A stretch of DNA of 43,859 bases. Source: an uncultured Bacteroidaceae bacterium. GTDB lineage: Bacteria; Bacteroidota; Bacteroidia; Bacteroidales; GCA-2748055. This document shows, in pieces, positions 9,601 to 19,430 of this stretch. The notes beneath the pieces are model-generated. The model worked only from the letters and a program-made list of their open reading frames with translations. It did not search any database and was not told the origin of the DNA. Every line of letters starts with the position of its first letter. The first letter of the stretch is position 1. The position numbers and the translations under genes are program-made. The stretch spans positions 1 through 43,859 of the forward strand of contig CAYSMO010000003.1 in assembly GCA_964432125.1 (NCBI GenBank), written 5' to 3'.

Positions 9601-11121
9601 TAGTTTCGGTCTTAATACAACTTCATCCATTTCAAAATCGAAATAGAGGAATCCAAGTTTACTCAATTCCATAAACAGGTGCCTGAAGGTATAAGCTGTT
9701 TTTCCCATATATGAAGCATAGCCTTCAACAGAAAAGGTCTCCCCTCCTACCATATTGGAATAGGCCCATAAATCTGCCAACGGATGTTGATAGTCCATTC
9801 CCTGGAGCCCCTCATAAAAGGAGAGATCAAAATAGTCGTACGATTCAAAAAGTCCATTTCCCAATGAACTACCCAGAGATCCTTGCATTCTCATGAATGA
9901 TTCGGATCGTACCCAGTTCAATTCGTCAAAACTCATGTCTATCTGGTGATATGAATTTGAAAACGGACCTTGCGAATTAAAGTCGTTTGATTTAGTAAGG
10001 CGCATAATTTCCCTGCCAATTTCATAATTCATGATCAGGTCAGGATGATAAATACTGTCATCTTCAATGTAAACAGATACTTCTGCATTGTTGGTTTTAA
10101 TTAAATTCAGGCCAAACAGAAACTGGTTTGATTTCAACTTTGCCCTGACTGTATCATTCTGATAGAATGTTAGTTCTGCATTATTTCCTGTTGCTGCCTG
10201 ACCAACGAGGTTGGCTCCTTGCATGGAAATCGCTCCTTTGTAGTTAACCCCTGGAACAATGTTATTAAGAATATAACTGCTCTGATAGCTAAAGAATTTT
10301 GGAAATGTTGCCTGATCCGGCGTTCTGATTTGGGAAATCCTTTCCTCCAATGACCCCAGCGCAGGTTCATTAAGCAACTGTGCATGGTGAAATACTACAG
10401 AATCGGCAGTATAACCCGGCTTATTGAAGGATATAACAAAGTTTCCCAAATCTGCATATACCTCTTCCGGATCAAGGTTTGCCCTTGTCCATAAAACCCT
10501 CCCAGAGGATCCAACAAACCTTTGCCCCAGGATATCAATATATCCCGCAAAATGATGAACAATAATACTGTCGCCGGAGGAGATACCAATAATGGAAGTA
10601 TTATCCACCTTTATCTTAAGTGATGTATCATAAATGAATTGGTAATTGTCCCGAGCCAGCCTCCAGGACATGGCTAAAGAATGATATACCACTGACTGAC
10701 TGAGTAATAAGAAAGTAGACTGATAAATATTATCAATATCCTTCAATGCCGAGTTCCTATTATCTAAAAAAGATAGTAATCCTTCCACCCATTCATCATA
10801 ACCGTAATCCAGTTTATTCTCTCCATGAAATTCATTCAGAATTTTAACAAATACAATAAAGTGTGGCCTGGCCTTGCAGCTTCGCTGGCGCATTAATTCA
10901 GAAATTGTCATTATATCCTCTCGGTAAGAATAATCAATGTATTCCCAGGAGGATGTAAACTCATTGAAAAACGCCTCCTCTTCCTCTGACAGTAAATTTC
11001 CAAATAGTGCAGAAAGCTCTGTGATATAGCTTGTTGTATCCAACGAGAACTTTTTAACATGTTGTGCATTCGAACTTGAAAACACCAGAATTAAAAGCAT
11101 TGGAAACAAAAGCTTCTTCAT
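6655..11121 (-). CDS. Large secreted beta-rich hypothetical protein (1488 aa)
   Basis: Signal peptide ending SNA-Q; long uninterrupted ORF; alternating hydrophobic beta pattern with internal repeats; no recognisable catalytic motif. Confidence 0.85.
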   Translation of the reverse strand: MKKLLFPMLLILVFSSSNAQHVKKFSLDTTSYITELSALFGNLLSEEEEAFFNEFTSSWEYIDYSYREDIMTISELMRQRSCKARPHFIVFVKILNEFHGENKLDYGYDEWVEGLLSFLDNRNSALKDIDNIYQSTFLLLSQSVVYHSLAMSWRLARDNYQFIYDTSLKIKVDNTSIIGISSGDSIIVHHFAGYIDILGQRFVGSSGRVLWTRANLDPEEVYADLGNFVISFNKPGYTADSVVFHHAQLLNEPALGSLEERISQIRTPDQATFPKFFSYQSSYILNNIVPGVNYKGAISMQGANLVGQAATGNNAELTFYQNDTVRAKLKSNQFLFGLNLIKTNNAEVSVYIEDDSIYHPDLIMNYEIGREIMRLTKSNDFNSQGPFSNSYHQIDMSFDELNWVRSESFMRMQGSLGSSLGNGLFESYDYFDLSFYEGLQGMDYQHPLADLWAYSNMVGGETFSVEGYASYMGKTAYTFRHLFMELSKLGFLYFDFEMDEVVLRPKLFDYIDASLMKRDYDVIRFISRTDGGKENAKLDLTTRDLTINGIPTIFLSDSQNVRIVPHNNRIVMKRNRDFQFDGIIDAGLFKFYGKNFFFEYENFRVNLQNIDSLSISAKTAEKDAFGKSLITTLDNKIQNITGELLIDAPFNKSGMTPFPEYPIFTSRENSYVYFNEKSIQNGVYDKNRFYFELLPFSIDTLDNFSREALKLEGTFISADILPPLEMEMSLRPDNSLGFYMTTPDQGIPVYGGKAMFFNDIEMSSSGLRGYGSMDYITSTTWSDNFLFHPDSVMAKSRRFLEREELGGGVTFPYVENDIAQVRFYAVHDVMHINRIDQVFKIFNENVYFGGDLELRPAGLTGKGGLGFPDARFDSELFKFKAQRVLADSAGGKFKNAEAEEYSWITDDVRVDVDMFQREGSLTSRGDYTLITMPLNLYETRLNQINWFMDRDEVMMTQTVYRPENQIDIGIDSLKLSGPTYVSNHPKQDSLNFIAPLVRFNYSRNELNAEKVKYLEIGDSYIFPHEEMVQVLEKAVIKPLRQAKVLTNKDFRHHLLYNANLTVDSRIHFRGAADYDYIDEFDNRHTFRMTHLEVDTSVTTLGKGEVAIADSFMLSPFFNYQGQISMYADNPFLEFLGGVQLTYDCNVNKSWLKFNAEIDPDSVIIPLDDRMQNLDLNNVYAGTFKARDSIHIYPAFISSRKQYFDQNVTYSDGYLYYNKRINTYEIASLNKLSDMRNEGNYLALRTDSCVLYSEGEIDLVLDYGRINLKTLGNARHDITKNSLEMNLLMGMDFHFSKLALNVFGRELDSLPNLEPVDLTKELYKLSVRNLVGQTMAEKLENELGLYGNYTVVPDSMKYPLLFNDLRLVWNQETRSYRYNGKVGIGIIGDIQVNKKVDAFVEFVERGSGDIFDIYLKIDDNTWYYMAYSPGGFQVLSSNRDFNNAILDTPDKERTLKSRGRQPSYIYSLASNRRLQLFLDRFLTYEEEQE

Positions 11122-11204
11122 GAAATAGAATTTTTAGCAACAAACCGGTACGAATAGTTTTCTACCGATCAATCAATACAATGCGGCATCTCTTCTGAAT
11201 CAGA

Positions 11205-11954
11205 TCAAAAAGAATTGGCAATCTGAATAAAGTCATTTGCTTTCAGTGATGCTCCTCCGATTAAACCCCCATCAACATCAGGATTGGCAAATAATTCTTT
11301 TGCATTGGCTGGATTACAACTTCCTCCATAAAGAATTGATACCGAATCGGAAACTGAATCATTGAACATAAGCGCCAATTGCTCCCTTATAAATTTGTGC
11401 ATTTCCTGTGCCTGTTCGGGGGATGCTGTTACACCTGTACCGATGGCCCAGACCGGTTCATATGCAACAATAACATTATCCATATCACTGGCAGATAAAT
11501 CTTTAAGACCCATGGATATCTGTTTCTTGATAACATCAAAATGCTTGTCATTTTTACGCTCTTCCAGTTGCTCACCACAACAAAACAAAGGAGACAGACC
11601 TTTTGACAGAGAAAGTTTCATCTTTCTATTCAATAATGCATCGTCTTCATGATAGTACAACCTTCTTTCTGAATGACCAATAATAACATATTCGACACCA
11701 GCAGATTTGAGCATATCCGGTGAAACCTCACCAGTAAAAGCCCCGCTTTCCCTGTCGGAACAATTCTGCGCAGCAAGCTTTACATCACTAATAATTTCCT
11801 GAATCTTTGCAATGTGTGTAAATGGTGGAGCAACAATTATTAGTGCATTACCTATCATTTTCTTTGAGGTTTCTTCCACTGCCTTGGCAAGTTCAAGCCC
11901 CTCATGCAACAATGTATTCATCTTCCAGTTTCCGGCAACTACATTTTTTCTCAT
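11205..11954 (-). CDS. tpiA: Triosephosphate isomerase
   Basis: AGNWKMN, IGHSERR, AYEPVWAIGTG, LYGGS, GGASL. Confidence 0.99.
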   Translation of the reverse strand: MRKNVVAGNWKMNTLLHEGLELAKAVEETSKKMIGNALIIVAPPFTHIAKIQEIISDVKLAAQNCSDRESGAFTGEVSPDMLKSAGVEYVIIGHSERRLYYHEDDALLNRKMKLSLSKGLSPLFCCGEQLEERKNDKHFDVIKKQISMGLKDLSASDMDNVIVAYEPVWAIGTGVTASPEQAQEMHKFIREQLALMFNDSVSDSVSILYGGSCNPANAKELFANPDVDGGLIGGASLKANDFIQIANSF

Positions 11955-12057
11955 AATAATATAAACTTAATTTAAGATTTTAAAAATCTAAATATACAAC
12001 AATTTTAAACTTATTCCTGAAGAAGGTATCAACTGCTCTAAAAAGCCTCGCCACTTT

Positions 12058-13137
12058 TTAGTTCCGTCTGACCCTTGGATCCAGAAGTGCATATGAGAAA
12101 TCTACCAGAATGTTTACTAAAACAAAAATAGAAGCTATCGTGATCACGGATCCCAGGACAACTGGCATATCATATTGATTAAGTGCATTAACGATAAGGT
12201 ATCCAAGCCCCTTCCATCCAAAAATGTATTCTACAAATACTACTCCCGCCATTAAAGAAGCAAACCATCCGCTCACTGCTGTTACTACAGGATTCAAAGC
12301 GTTTCGCAGGGCATGATGGAATACTACCCTTGAAAATCGCAATCCCTTTGCCCGGGCAGTCCGTATATATTCTTGCCCCAACACGTCCAGCATAGCATTT
12401 CGGGAAAGTTGAATAATTATGGATAATGGTCTCACTCCAAGGGTAACTACAGGCAAAATGAGGTTTTTCAATTGCAAAGATCTTCCCGATCCAAGGTCAT
12501 CTATCTCATAAATATTTCCTGTCAGATTCAGATGGGTAAAATCCGCTAAGACGAATGCAAAGAACCAAACAAATAGAATAGCAGTAAAAAAGGAGGGCAT
12601 TGAAACTCCAATCGTACTAATAATTAATGAAACCCGATCGAACCAGGTGTCTTTCCAAACCGCACACAATATCCCAATAAACAGCCCGACTATAAATGCA
12701 AATATAATTGAAGTAAAAGCCAGCAGAAATGTTGTAGGAAGTACATCGACAATCATATCATTTACAGTTCGCTGATTCTGATAACTGATACCTAAGTAGG
12801 GTGTTTTTAGAATCAACGATAACCCATTAAGCGTAAGTACACGCAAATACCCGGAATACCTTTCTGCATTAAAATAAAAATAAGATTCGGGATCTATTGT
12901 ATTATAAACTGAAACAGGAGATAGATCGTTTAGGTATCTCACATATTGAACAGCCAGTTTTTTGTCCAGCCCAAGTTCCTTTTGAATCATTTCGACTGTT
13001 TGCATATCGGAACGCTGACCAAGCATCATTCTGGCTGGATCACCAGGCAGTACATTGAATAAAATGAATACCAATGTCACAACACCCCATAATACGAGCA
13101 GTCCGTAAAATACTTTCCGGAGAAATCTTTTAAACAC
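12058..13137 (-). CDS. ABC transporter permease, DppB/OppB-like
   Basis: LPGDPARMMLG N-terminus, EAA loop YIRTARAKGL, HALRNA, LLDPRVR C-terminus. Confidence 0.92.
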   Translation of the reverse strand: MFKRFLRKVFYGLLVLWGVVTLVFILFNVLPGDPARMMLGQRSDMQTVEMIQKELGLDKKLAVQYVRYLNDLSPVSVYNTIDPESYFYFNAERYSGYLRVLTLNGLSLILKTPYLGISYQNQRTVNDMIVDVLPTTFLLAFTSIIFAFIVGLFIGILCAVWKDTWFDRVSLIISTIGVSMPSFFTAILFVWFFAFVLADFTHLNLTGNIYEIDDLGSGRSLQLKNLILPVVTLGVRPLSIIIQLSRNAMLDVLGQEYIRTARAKGLRFSRVVFHHALRNALNPVVTAVSGWFASLMAGVVFVEYIFGWKGLGYLIVNALNQYDMPVVLGSVITIASIFVLVNILVDFSYALLDPRVRRN

Positions 13138-14494
13138 GTCTGCTTTTTTTCGTGGAAGGGATACACTGTGCTATAATCATGGTAATCAATATCACGAGAA
13201 TGAAAAGCGCCCAGGTTAATCCTTCACTCCTATTCGTGAAGTATTCCATGATCATACTATTTGCGGTTTGATCAAAGTCTATCAAATCCCACTGCAAAGG
13301 TTCCATTAAACCTTCCTCAATAAACTTCATAATCTCCGGATCGTGATTTTCAATATATTGTTGAATTAATTCAGGCCATTCGCTGTTCCAATCCGAAAAG
13401 GAAGGAAAATCACGGTGACCCCATTTGGAGATAATTGTTCCGTTTTTCAACATGATAAAACCAGGATTTGACCTGATCATCGTTTTAAGCATAATTTCAT
13501 CTCCGGTGTAAAATGCATAATCAAGACCTGCATCAAGGGAAACTGTGTCGATTATAGAACCCGTTGAAGCAGTAACCGGCACAAACCTTAAATCGTCCGT
13601 GAAAAGTTGAATTTGTGACCAGTGATTTCCATCATAAAGAGCATTCTTGTTTGCCTTTTTAAGATCATGACTTATCATTAGAAGGGTATAGCCCCTGAAA
13701 GAAAGCAACTCATCAGTAACATCGATACCATCCGAGTCCATGATGCCAAAATCATGAATTGGAGGCTCATAACCCTTTTTTACGAGCTTTGACTCACTCG
13801 TTACAAATTGATACCTCGTGGAGTCTTGCGGATAATTCTCAATTGTAAACTCTTCAGTATCCCCTGTCTCAATATTTTTATAATATAGCAAGGTTTCGTA
13901 CTCATCCCTGGGAGCCCCATCAGGTACCTCCATCTCCCCTGGTATAAATGTTCCTATGTCGTAAGGCCTAAAGTCCAGTATTGGAAGATGTCTGACAGCG
14001 TTCATAGACAGGATAAAACTACCTGCAAAAAAAACAACAATCAACAAAGCTTCCATAACGGTACTGTGAACATTTACAACTTTCTTTCGGGACTTGAACA
14101 ACACGAAGACAAATACCATAAAAATCAAGTTCTTAAAGAATGTCTCCCAATTGGTTAAAATGATGGCATCACCAAAACATCCGCAATCTGTCACCGGATT
14201 TGTTAATGCCAGAATAAAAGTTAGTAGAGTAAAAAAACTCATGAACAGAAACAGTGCCCAATACGCCCTCTTTTTTTGATATCCCAGGATCAGGACAATG
14301 CCAAGTACAAATTCAAATGCTGAAAGAAAGATTGCCAATGGCAGCGCAATACTCTCCAGGAAAGCCAATCCGAAGGCATGAAAATAGTCGGCGAATTTAT
14401 ACGCAGACCCCCATGGATCAACTGCCTTTACAAACCCACTGAAGATAAAAAGTAATCCCAATAAAAAACGACTAATTAATCTTATGGTTCTCAT
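13130..14494 (-). CDS. DoxX/MauE-like membrane protein with thioredoxin-like periplasmic domain (BT_3928 family)
   Basis: SGFVKAVDP and DCGCFGD motifs, five N-terminal TM helices, IRSNPG motif, extra C-terminal TM helix. Start uncertain (14494/14500/14518). Confidence 0.85.
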   Translation of the reverse strand: MRTIRLISRFLLGLLFIFSGFVKAVDPWGSAYKFADYFHAFGLAFLESIALPLAIFLSAFEFVLGIVLILGYQKKRAYWALFLFMSFFTLLTFILALTNPVTDCGCFGDAIILTNWETFFKNLIFMVFVFVLFKSRKKVVNVHSTVMEALLIVVFFAGSFILSMNAVRHLPILDFRPYDIGTFIPGEMEVPDGAPRDEYETLLYYKNIETGDTEEFTIENYPQDSTRYQFVTSESKLVKKGYEPPIHDFGIMDSDGIDVTDELLSFRGYTLLMISHDLKKANKNALYDGNHWSQIQLFTDDLRFVPVTASTGSIIDTVSLDAGLDYAFYTGDEIMLKTMIRSNPGFIMLKNGTIISKWGHRDFPSFSDWNSEWPELIQQYIENHDPEIMKFIEEGLMEPLQWDLIDFDQTANSMIMEYFTNRSEGLTWALFILVILITMIIAQCIPSTKKSRRV

Positions 14495-14507
14495 AATCAT
14501 ACTTATA

Positions 14508-15188
14508 TTATTTACCATGTCCCAGAACTTCTTTCAGACTTTCGAATATCTCCTCCTCCTGTTTCATCTCCCCTGATTCATTGGCACAGTTTACAACAGT
14601 TAAATTTCCCATTTGGCGACAAATTGAAAGATAAATACCACGCACCTTCTTCTGGAATCCCAGGTCATTTTCATGTATGTCATGCTGCCCCTTCAGATAT
14701 TCCCTTTCTTCACCTTTTCGCTGTCCTGTCAGGAGCTTCTTCGTAAAACTAAACGGAACATCAAGAAAAATATTCACATCCGGCACAGGAAGTCTGTGAA
14801 CATTGAACTCGAGGTCCATAATCCAATCTGCCAGTTGCAATTGCTCATTCTCATCTGCCAATTTAGCTCCTTGAAAAGCAATATTGGAGTAAACATAACG
14901 ATCAAGTATAACAAGATAATCCTGCTCAATCCATTGTTCAATGATCGGTTTCGCTTCCATCCTGTCCCCAGCAAATATCAATGCGACGAGATATGGATCT
15001 ACCCCGTCAATATCCCCCATTTCTCCACGCAGAAAACGGGCAATCAACTTACCATATACTCCCTCTTCCAGTCTGGGGAAATGCAAATACTTGAATTTCA
15101 CAGATGACTTTTCAAGAAAGTCCCGAAGCAAATTAACCTGGGTTGATTTTCCTGACCCGTCCAATCCTTCAATTACCAGAAATCTCAT
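14508..15188 (-). CDS. tmk: Thymidylate kinase
   Basis: P-loop EGLDGSGKSTQ, HFPR, FAGDR, LDRYVYSN, PDVNIFLD. Confidence 0.93.
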   Translation of the reverse strand: MRFLVIEGLDGSGKSTQVNLLRDFLEKSSVKFKYLHFPRLEEGVYGKLIARFLRGEMGDIDGVDPYLVALIFAGDRMEAKPIIEQWIEQDYLVILDRYVYSNIAFQGAKLADENEQLQLADWIMDLEFNVHRLPVPDVNIFLDVPFSFTKKLLTGQRKGEEREYLKGQHDIHENDLGFQKKVRGIYLSICRQMGNLTVVNCANESGEMKQEEEIFESLKEVLGHGK

Positions 15189-15323
15189 TATCGCTTTTGG
15201 TTCGAATATAAATATTTTTTGTTTAATTTGTTCTGGAAAATCTAAAAACAGATGGCTGACATATCATAGTAATGAAAAATTCAGCTGAAACCCAAAATAA
15301 ACTGTGTTTCTCAATCATTTTCT

Positions 15324-16211
15324 ATGCAACAAATCAACACCGAAGATACTTTTTTCTCGAAAAATCGCAGTTTGAACTGCAGGGGTAAGCTACTAAGCCT
15401 TCATCAGCCCCGAATTATGGGAATACTGAATATTACTCCCGACTCCTTTTATGACGGTGGATGGCACGAGGATCCATCTGCCGCTTTGGACCATGCCCGA
15501 GAGATGGTAGATCAGGGGGCAGATATCATAGATGTTGGGGCTGCCTCTTCACGTCCGGGAGCAGCATTGTCCAACGCAGATGAAGAGATAAAAAGGCTTG
15601 TGCCGGTAGTTTCTAATATACGCCAGGAGTTTCCTGATCTCATCATTTCAGTTGACACGTATCATGCTTCTGTTGCCAGTGAGATGATCACCAATTGCGG
15701 TGCTGATATGATCAATGATATATCAGCGGGTTCTATTGATTCTGATATGATACCGGTCATCGCCCAACTCAATGTGCCATATATTATAATGCATATGAAA
15801 GGCGTCCCCGGTAATATGCAACAAAATCCGGAATACGATAATATAACTGATGAGATCATTCAATATTTTTCCGAGAAGGTAAATCTATTGCACAAAAAAG
15901 GAATATCCGACATTCTTATCGATCCGGGATTCGGATTTGGGAAAACGATGGACCACAACTATAAACTGCTTGCCCAAATATACGCTTTCAATATGTTTGA
16001 GTTACCCATCGTCGCAGGAATATCACGGAAGTCGATGGTATACAATTTACTCGGGAGTACAATTGAAGAGTCTCTGACCGGAACTACTGCGACAAATATG
16101 ATACTTCTGGAAAAGGGAGTCAATATTATCAGGGTGCATGATGTCAGGGAAGCCAGGGAAGCAATAACCATATATAACAAGACACGCAGTGAAAGTAAAC
16201 AATCGCATTGA
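15324..16211 (+). CDS. folP: Dihydropteroate synthase
   Basis: MGILNITPDSFYDGG, SSRPG, INDIS, DPGFGFGK, SRKS, RVHDV. Confidence 0.98.
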   Translation: MQQINTEDTFFSKNRSLNCRGKLLSLHQPRIMGILNITPDSFYDGGWHEDPSAALDHAREMVDQGADIIDVGAASSRPGAALSNADEEIKRLVPVVSNIRQEFPDLIISVDTYHASVASEMITNCGADMINDISAGSIDSDMIPVIAQLNVPYIIMHMKGVPGNMQQNPEYDNITDEIIQYFSEKVNLLHKKGISDILIDPGFGFGKTMDHNYKLLAQIYAFNMFELPIVAGISRKSMVYNLLGSTIEESLTGTTATNMILLEKGVNIIRVHDVREAREAITIYNKTRSESKQSH

Positions 16212-16222
16212 ACTTCTTTTTG

Positions 16223-16230
16223 TACCTTTG
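16223..16230 (+). promoter_or_regulatory. Internal sigma-A -7 element upstream of cdaA
   Basis: TACCTTTG in the 36-nt folP-cdaA spacer. Confidence 0.55.
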
Positions 16231-16247
16231 GTACATATTGAATTTAT

Positions 16248-17030
16248 ATGATGTCTCTTTTTATTCATATCAGACTACTGGATATCATTGATGTTTTTCT
16301 CGTAGCAGTACTTCTCTACCAATTGTACATGCTGGTAAGAGGAACTGTAGCACTAAACATTATCGTTGTGATCGCGGTAATCTACCTTTTCTGGTGGATA
16401 GTCAGGGCGCTACAAATGGAATTGCTAAGCTCAATTATCGGACAGGTAATCGGAGTTGGTGTAATTGCATTAATAATTGTTTTCCAGCAAGAGATAAGAA
16501 GATTTTTAATCTATATGGGATCACGTTACGTCGATAGTAAAATGATAAGCCTGGACCGGATTTTTAACATGCGTTTTGAGCCCAAAGCCAGGATTCCTGT
16601 AAAATCAGTACTCAAGGCTGTTATGCAAATGTCGCAGACAAAAACGGGAGCGCTCATAGTGATAAGGCGCAAATCGAATTTAAAAATGTATACAGATTCT
16701 GCCGAAGTATTAAAGAGTAAAATGTCGAGCAGGCTAATCACAAGCATCTTCAACAAAACCGGTCCACTGCACGATGGAGCCATTGTGATCGACCGTGACC
16801 TGGTGGTTGCAGCCAGGGTTATTCTACCGGTTACCGACAAGCCAAATTTGCCACCGGAATATGGATTAAGGCACCGGGCTGCACTAGGAATGTCGGAAGT
16901 TACAGACTCATTCATTGTTATCGTTTCCGAAGAGACAGGTCAGATCTCCATTGCCGAGAACGGAATCCTGCAAAAAAACATCGGAATCAATTTTCTGGCG
17001 CAAAAGCTGGAGGAGGAATTTGGCAACTGA
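16248..17030 (+). CDS. cdaA: Membrane diadenylate cyclase (DacA/CdaA)
   Basis: Three N-terminal TM helices, FQQEIRR, PLHDGA, GLRHRAA, VSEETG. Confidence 0.95.
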   Translation: MMSLFIHIRLLDIIDVFLVAVLLYQLYMLVRGTVALNIIVVIAVIYLFWWIVRALQMELLSSIIGQVIGVGVIALIIVFQQEIRRFLIYMGSRYVDSKMISLDRIFNMRFEPKARIPVKSVLKAVMQMSQTKTGALIVIRRKSNLKMYTDSAEVLKSKMSSRLITSIFNKTGPLHDGAIVIDRDLVVAARVILPVTDKPNLPPEYGLRHRAALGMSEVTDSFIVIVSEETGQISIAENGILQKNIGINFLAQKLEEEFGN

Positions 17031-17046
17031 ACAATATAAACTGCTG

Positions 17047-17700
17047 TTAACGCTTCTTTTTGAATAAAAATGTGGCTTTGTTCTCCTCTCCGCGTATCAA
17101 TCTGATAATATTCCTGCGATGTGTTATTACAAGAAGAATGGCTGCAAGAATAGAGAATGCCCATAATGACCGATAAGGAGATCTGTAAACCAGAATAAGC
17201 CATATGGGAAAGGAGATTCCCGCTGATATTGAACCGGCTGAGACATATTTCCAGATCAGAACGACCAGAAGGAATATACCTAGTGCAGACAAAGTGGCCA
17301 ATGGATGCAATGCGAAACATACCCCGGCGATTGTCGCAACGCCTTTCCCTCCCCTGAATTGCGCAAATATTGGGAAAATATGGCCGAGAACTGCCAACAT
17401 TCCAAGAAGTACAGAAATAATGATAAAGAGCTCTTGCTCCTTCCCGACAACCTGCTGTGCTTGAATAAGTAATACTGATAGCAGGCCTTTCAACATGTCG
17501 AAAAGGAGCACCGGAAAACCGGTTTTTACACCCAACACACGCATAACATTCGTTGCTCCTGCATTTCCACTTCCGTGTTCCCTGACATCGATCCCGTGAA
17601 ACAACCTCCCGATCCATACTGCTGTAGGAACGGACCCAAGAAGGTATGCAGCCGGAAGCATCCAAATCAGGAACTGAAAATCGTGAATTTGATACTCCAT
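17047..17700 (-). CDS. plsY: Glycerol-3-phosphate acyltransferase
   Basis: YLLGS, GSGNAGATN, GHIFP, FRGGKGVAT, HRRNIIRL. Confidence 0.97.
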   Translation of the reverse strand: MEYQIHDFQFLIWMLPAAYLLGSVPTAVWIGRLFHGIDVREHGSGNAGATNVMRVLGVKTGFPVLLFDMLKGLLSVLLIQAQQVVGKEQELFIIISVLLGMLAVLGHIFPIFAQFRGGKGVATIAGVCFALHPLATLSALGIFLLVVLIWKYVSAGSISAGISFPIWLILVYRSPYRSLWAFSILAAILLVITHRRNIIRLIRGEENKATFLFKKKR

Positions 17701-17757
17701 TGCTCAATAATTAAAAAGGCCGGAACAAACTGCGATGCACATATAATAAACCTAATC

Positions 17758-19374
17758 CTAAATTATGGGCCCAGCCTCTTCAAGCTGCTTTCCCTCTGCA
17801 TTATCAGTAAACTGGTCAAAATTTTTGATAAACAATTCTGCCAGTTTTTTGGCTCTCGTATCCCATTCTGAAGGATCAGCGTAAGTATATCTGGGATCAA
17901 GAATCGAATCATCGACCCCCTCGAGTGTTAACGGAACCTCCAGGTTAAAATAAGGAATTACTTGCGCATCAGCCTTATCAATATCGCCATTGAGTATTTC
18001 ATGGATAATCGCCCGTGTATCCTTTATAGAGATCCGCTTACCGGATCCATTCCAACCAGTATTGACCAGGTACGCCTTAGACCCTGCTGCATCCATTCGT
18101 TTGACAAGCTCATGTCCGTATTTAGTTGGATGAAGTGTAAGGAATGCCGCCCCAAAACAGGCAGAAAAAGTTGGTACCGGCTCTTTTACCCCCCTCTCTG
18201 TTCCTGCCAGTTTTGCGGTAAACCCTGAAAGAAAATGATACTGCGTCTGATCATGCGATAGTTTTGAGACCGGAGGTAGGACACCAAATGCATCTGCAGT
18301 TAGAAATATGACTCTATTGGCATGACCCGCTTTCGAGACAGGTTGAACAATATTATTGATATGGTAAATGGGGTATGAAACCCTTGTGTTTTCAGTAATG
18401 GATCCATCGTCAAAATCAACTTTACCGCTTTCATCCACGGAAACATTTTCGAGCAATGCATCCCTGTGAATGGCATTGAATATATCAGGTTCATTCTCTT
18501 TACTAAGCTGGATGGTCTTCGCATAACATCCTCCCTCAAAATTAAAGATCCCGTCATCGTCCCATCCATGCTCATCATCTCCAATTAGTGCTCGTTCCGG
18601 ATCGGTAGAGAGCGTTGTCTTACCTGTACCTGAAAGTCCAAAGAAGATGGCTGTGTTATTATCCCTTCCCACATTTGCAGAACAATGCATGGCTGCAATA
18701 CCTCTAAGAGGCAGATAATAATTCATGATTGAAAAAATTCCCTTTTTCATCTCACCGCCGTACCACGATCCACCTATCACACACATTCTATCAGTCAGGT
18801 TAAAAAGGACAAATACTTCAGAATTCAATCGCTGTTCCTTCCAGTAAGGGTTAATTGTTTTTGCAGCATTGAGCATTACAAAATCAGGTTCAAAATCCTC
18901 TAATTCATTTTCCGACGGTCTGATGAACATATTCTTGACGAAATGCGCCTGCCAGGCAACCTCCATAATAAATCTGACCTTTAACCGGGAATCCTCATTG
19001 GCACCACAAAAAAGATCCATTACATAAAGTCTCTTGCCGGAGAGTTGGGAAGAGGCCAGTTCATAACATTTTTTCCAAACATCCTGACTGATCGGTTTAT
19101 TATCAGAAGATTTTGCTTTTTCGGTTCTCCACCAAACAGTATCGCGGGTAGTATCATCAAGAACAATATATTTGTCCCTGGGTGATCGCCCGGTAAATAC
19201 GCCGGTATCAACTTTTACCGCACCAAATTCTGTTTTAAATCCCTTTTCAAATCCCGCAAGGGAAGGATCCATCTCTTCTCTATAAAGTCTGTCATAGGAA
19301 GGGTTAAGAATAACTTCAATACAATCTGATATATTGTATTTTTTTAAATCTAAGTTGCATGCTTGAGTATTCAT
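17758..19374 (-). CDS. pckA: Phosphoenolpyruvate carboxykinase (ATP)
   Basis: [47 protein letters not shown]. Confidence 0.98.
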   Translation of the reverse strand: MNTQACNLDLKKYNISDCIEVILNPSYDRLYREEMDPSLAGFEKGFKTEFGAVKVDTGVFTGRSPRDKYIVLDDTTRDTVWWRTEKAKSSDNKPISQDVWKKCYELASSQLSGKRLYVMDLFCGANEDSRLKVRFIMEVAWQAHFVKNMFIRPSENELEDFEPDFVMLNAAKTINPYWKEQRLNSEVFVLFNLTDRMCVIGGSWYGGEMKKGIFSIMNYYLPLRGIAAMHCSANVGRDNNTAIFFGLSGTGKTTLSTDPERALIGDDEHGWDDDGIFNFEGGCYAKTIQLSKENEPDIFNAIHRDALLENVSVDESGKVDFDDGSITENTRVSYPIYHINNIVQPVSKAGHANRVIFLTADAFGVLPPVSKLSHDQTQYHFLSGFTAKLAGTERGVKEPVPTFSACFGAAFLTLHPTKYGHELVKRMDAAGSKAYLVNTGWNGSGKRISIKDTRAIIHEILNGDIDKADAQVIPYFNLEVPLTLEGVDDSILDPRYTYADPSEWDTRAKKLAELFIKNFDQFTDNAEGKQLEEAGPII

Positions 19375-19430
19375 AATGAAACCTTACAAGAAATAATATG
19401 TGGGCCGATTTTCAGTCAATTTCAAAGGTC

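Noticed and set aside
16248-17030. Diadenylate cyclase as a CBASS-like or novel signalling system
   Set aside because: It is a standard membrane CdaA next to folP, with no effector genes adjacent.
16940-17707. 255-aa alternative-frame ORF overlapping plsY
   Set aside because: It lies over a well-supported gene and has a Cys/Arg/Ser-rich off-frame composition with no motifs.
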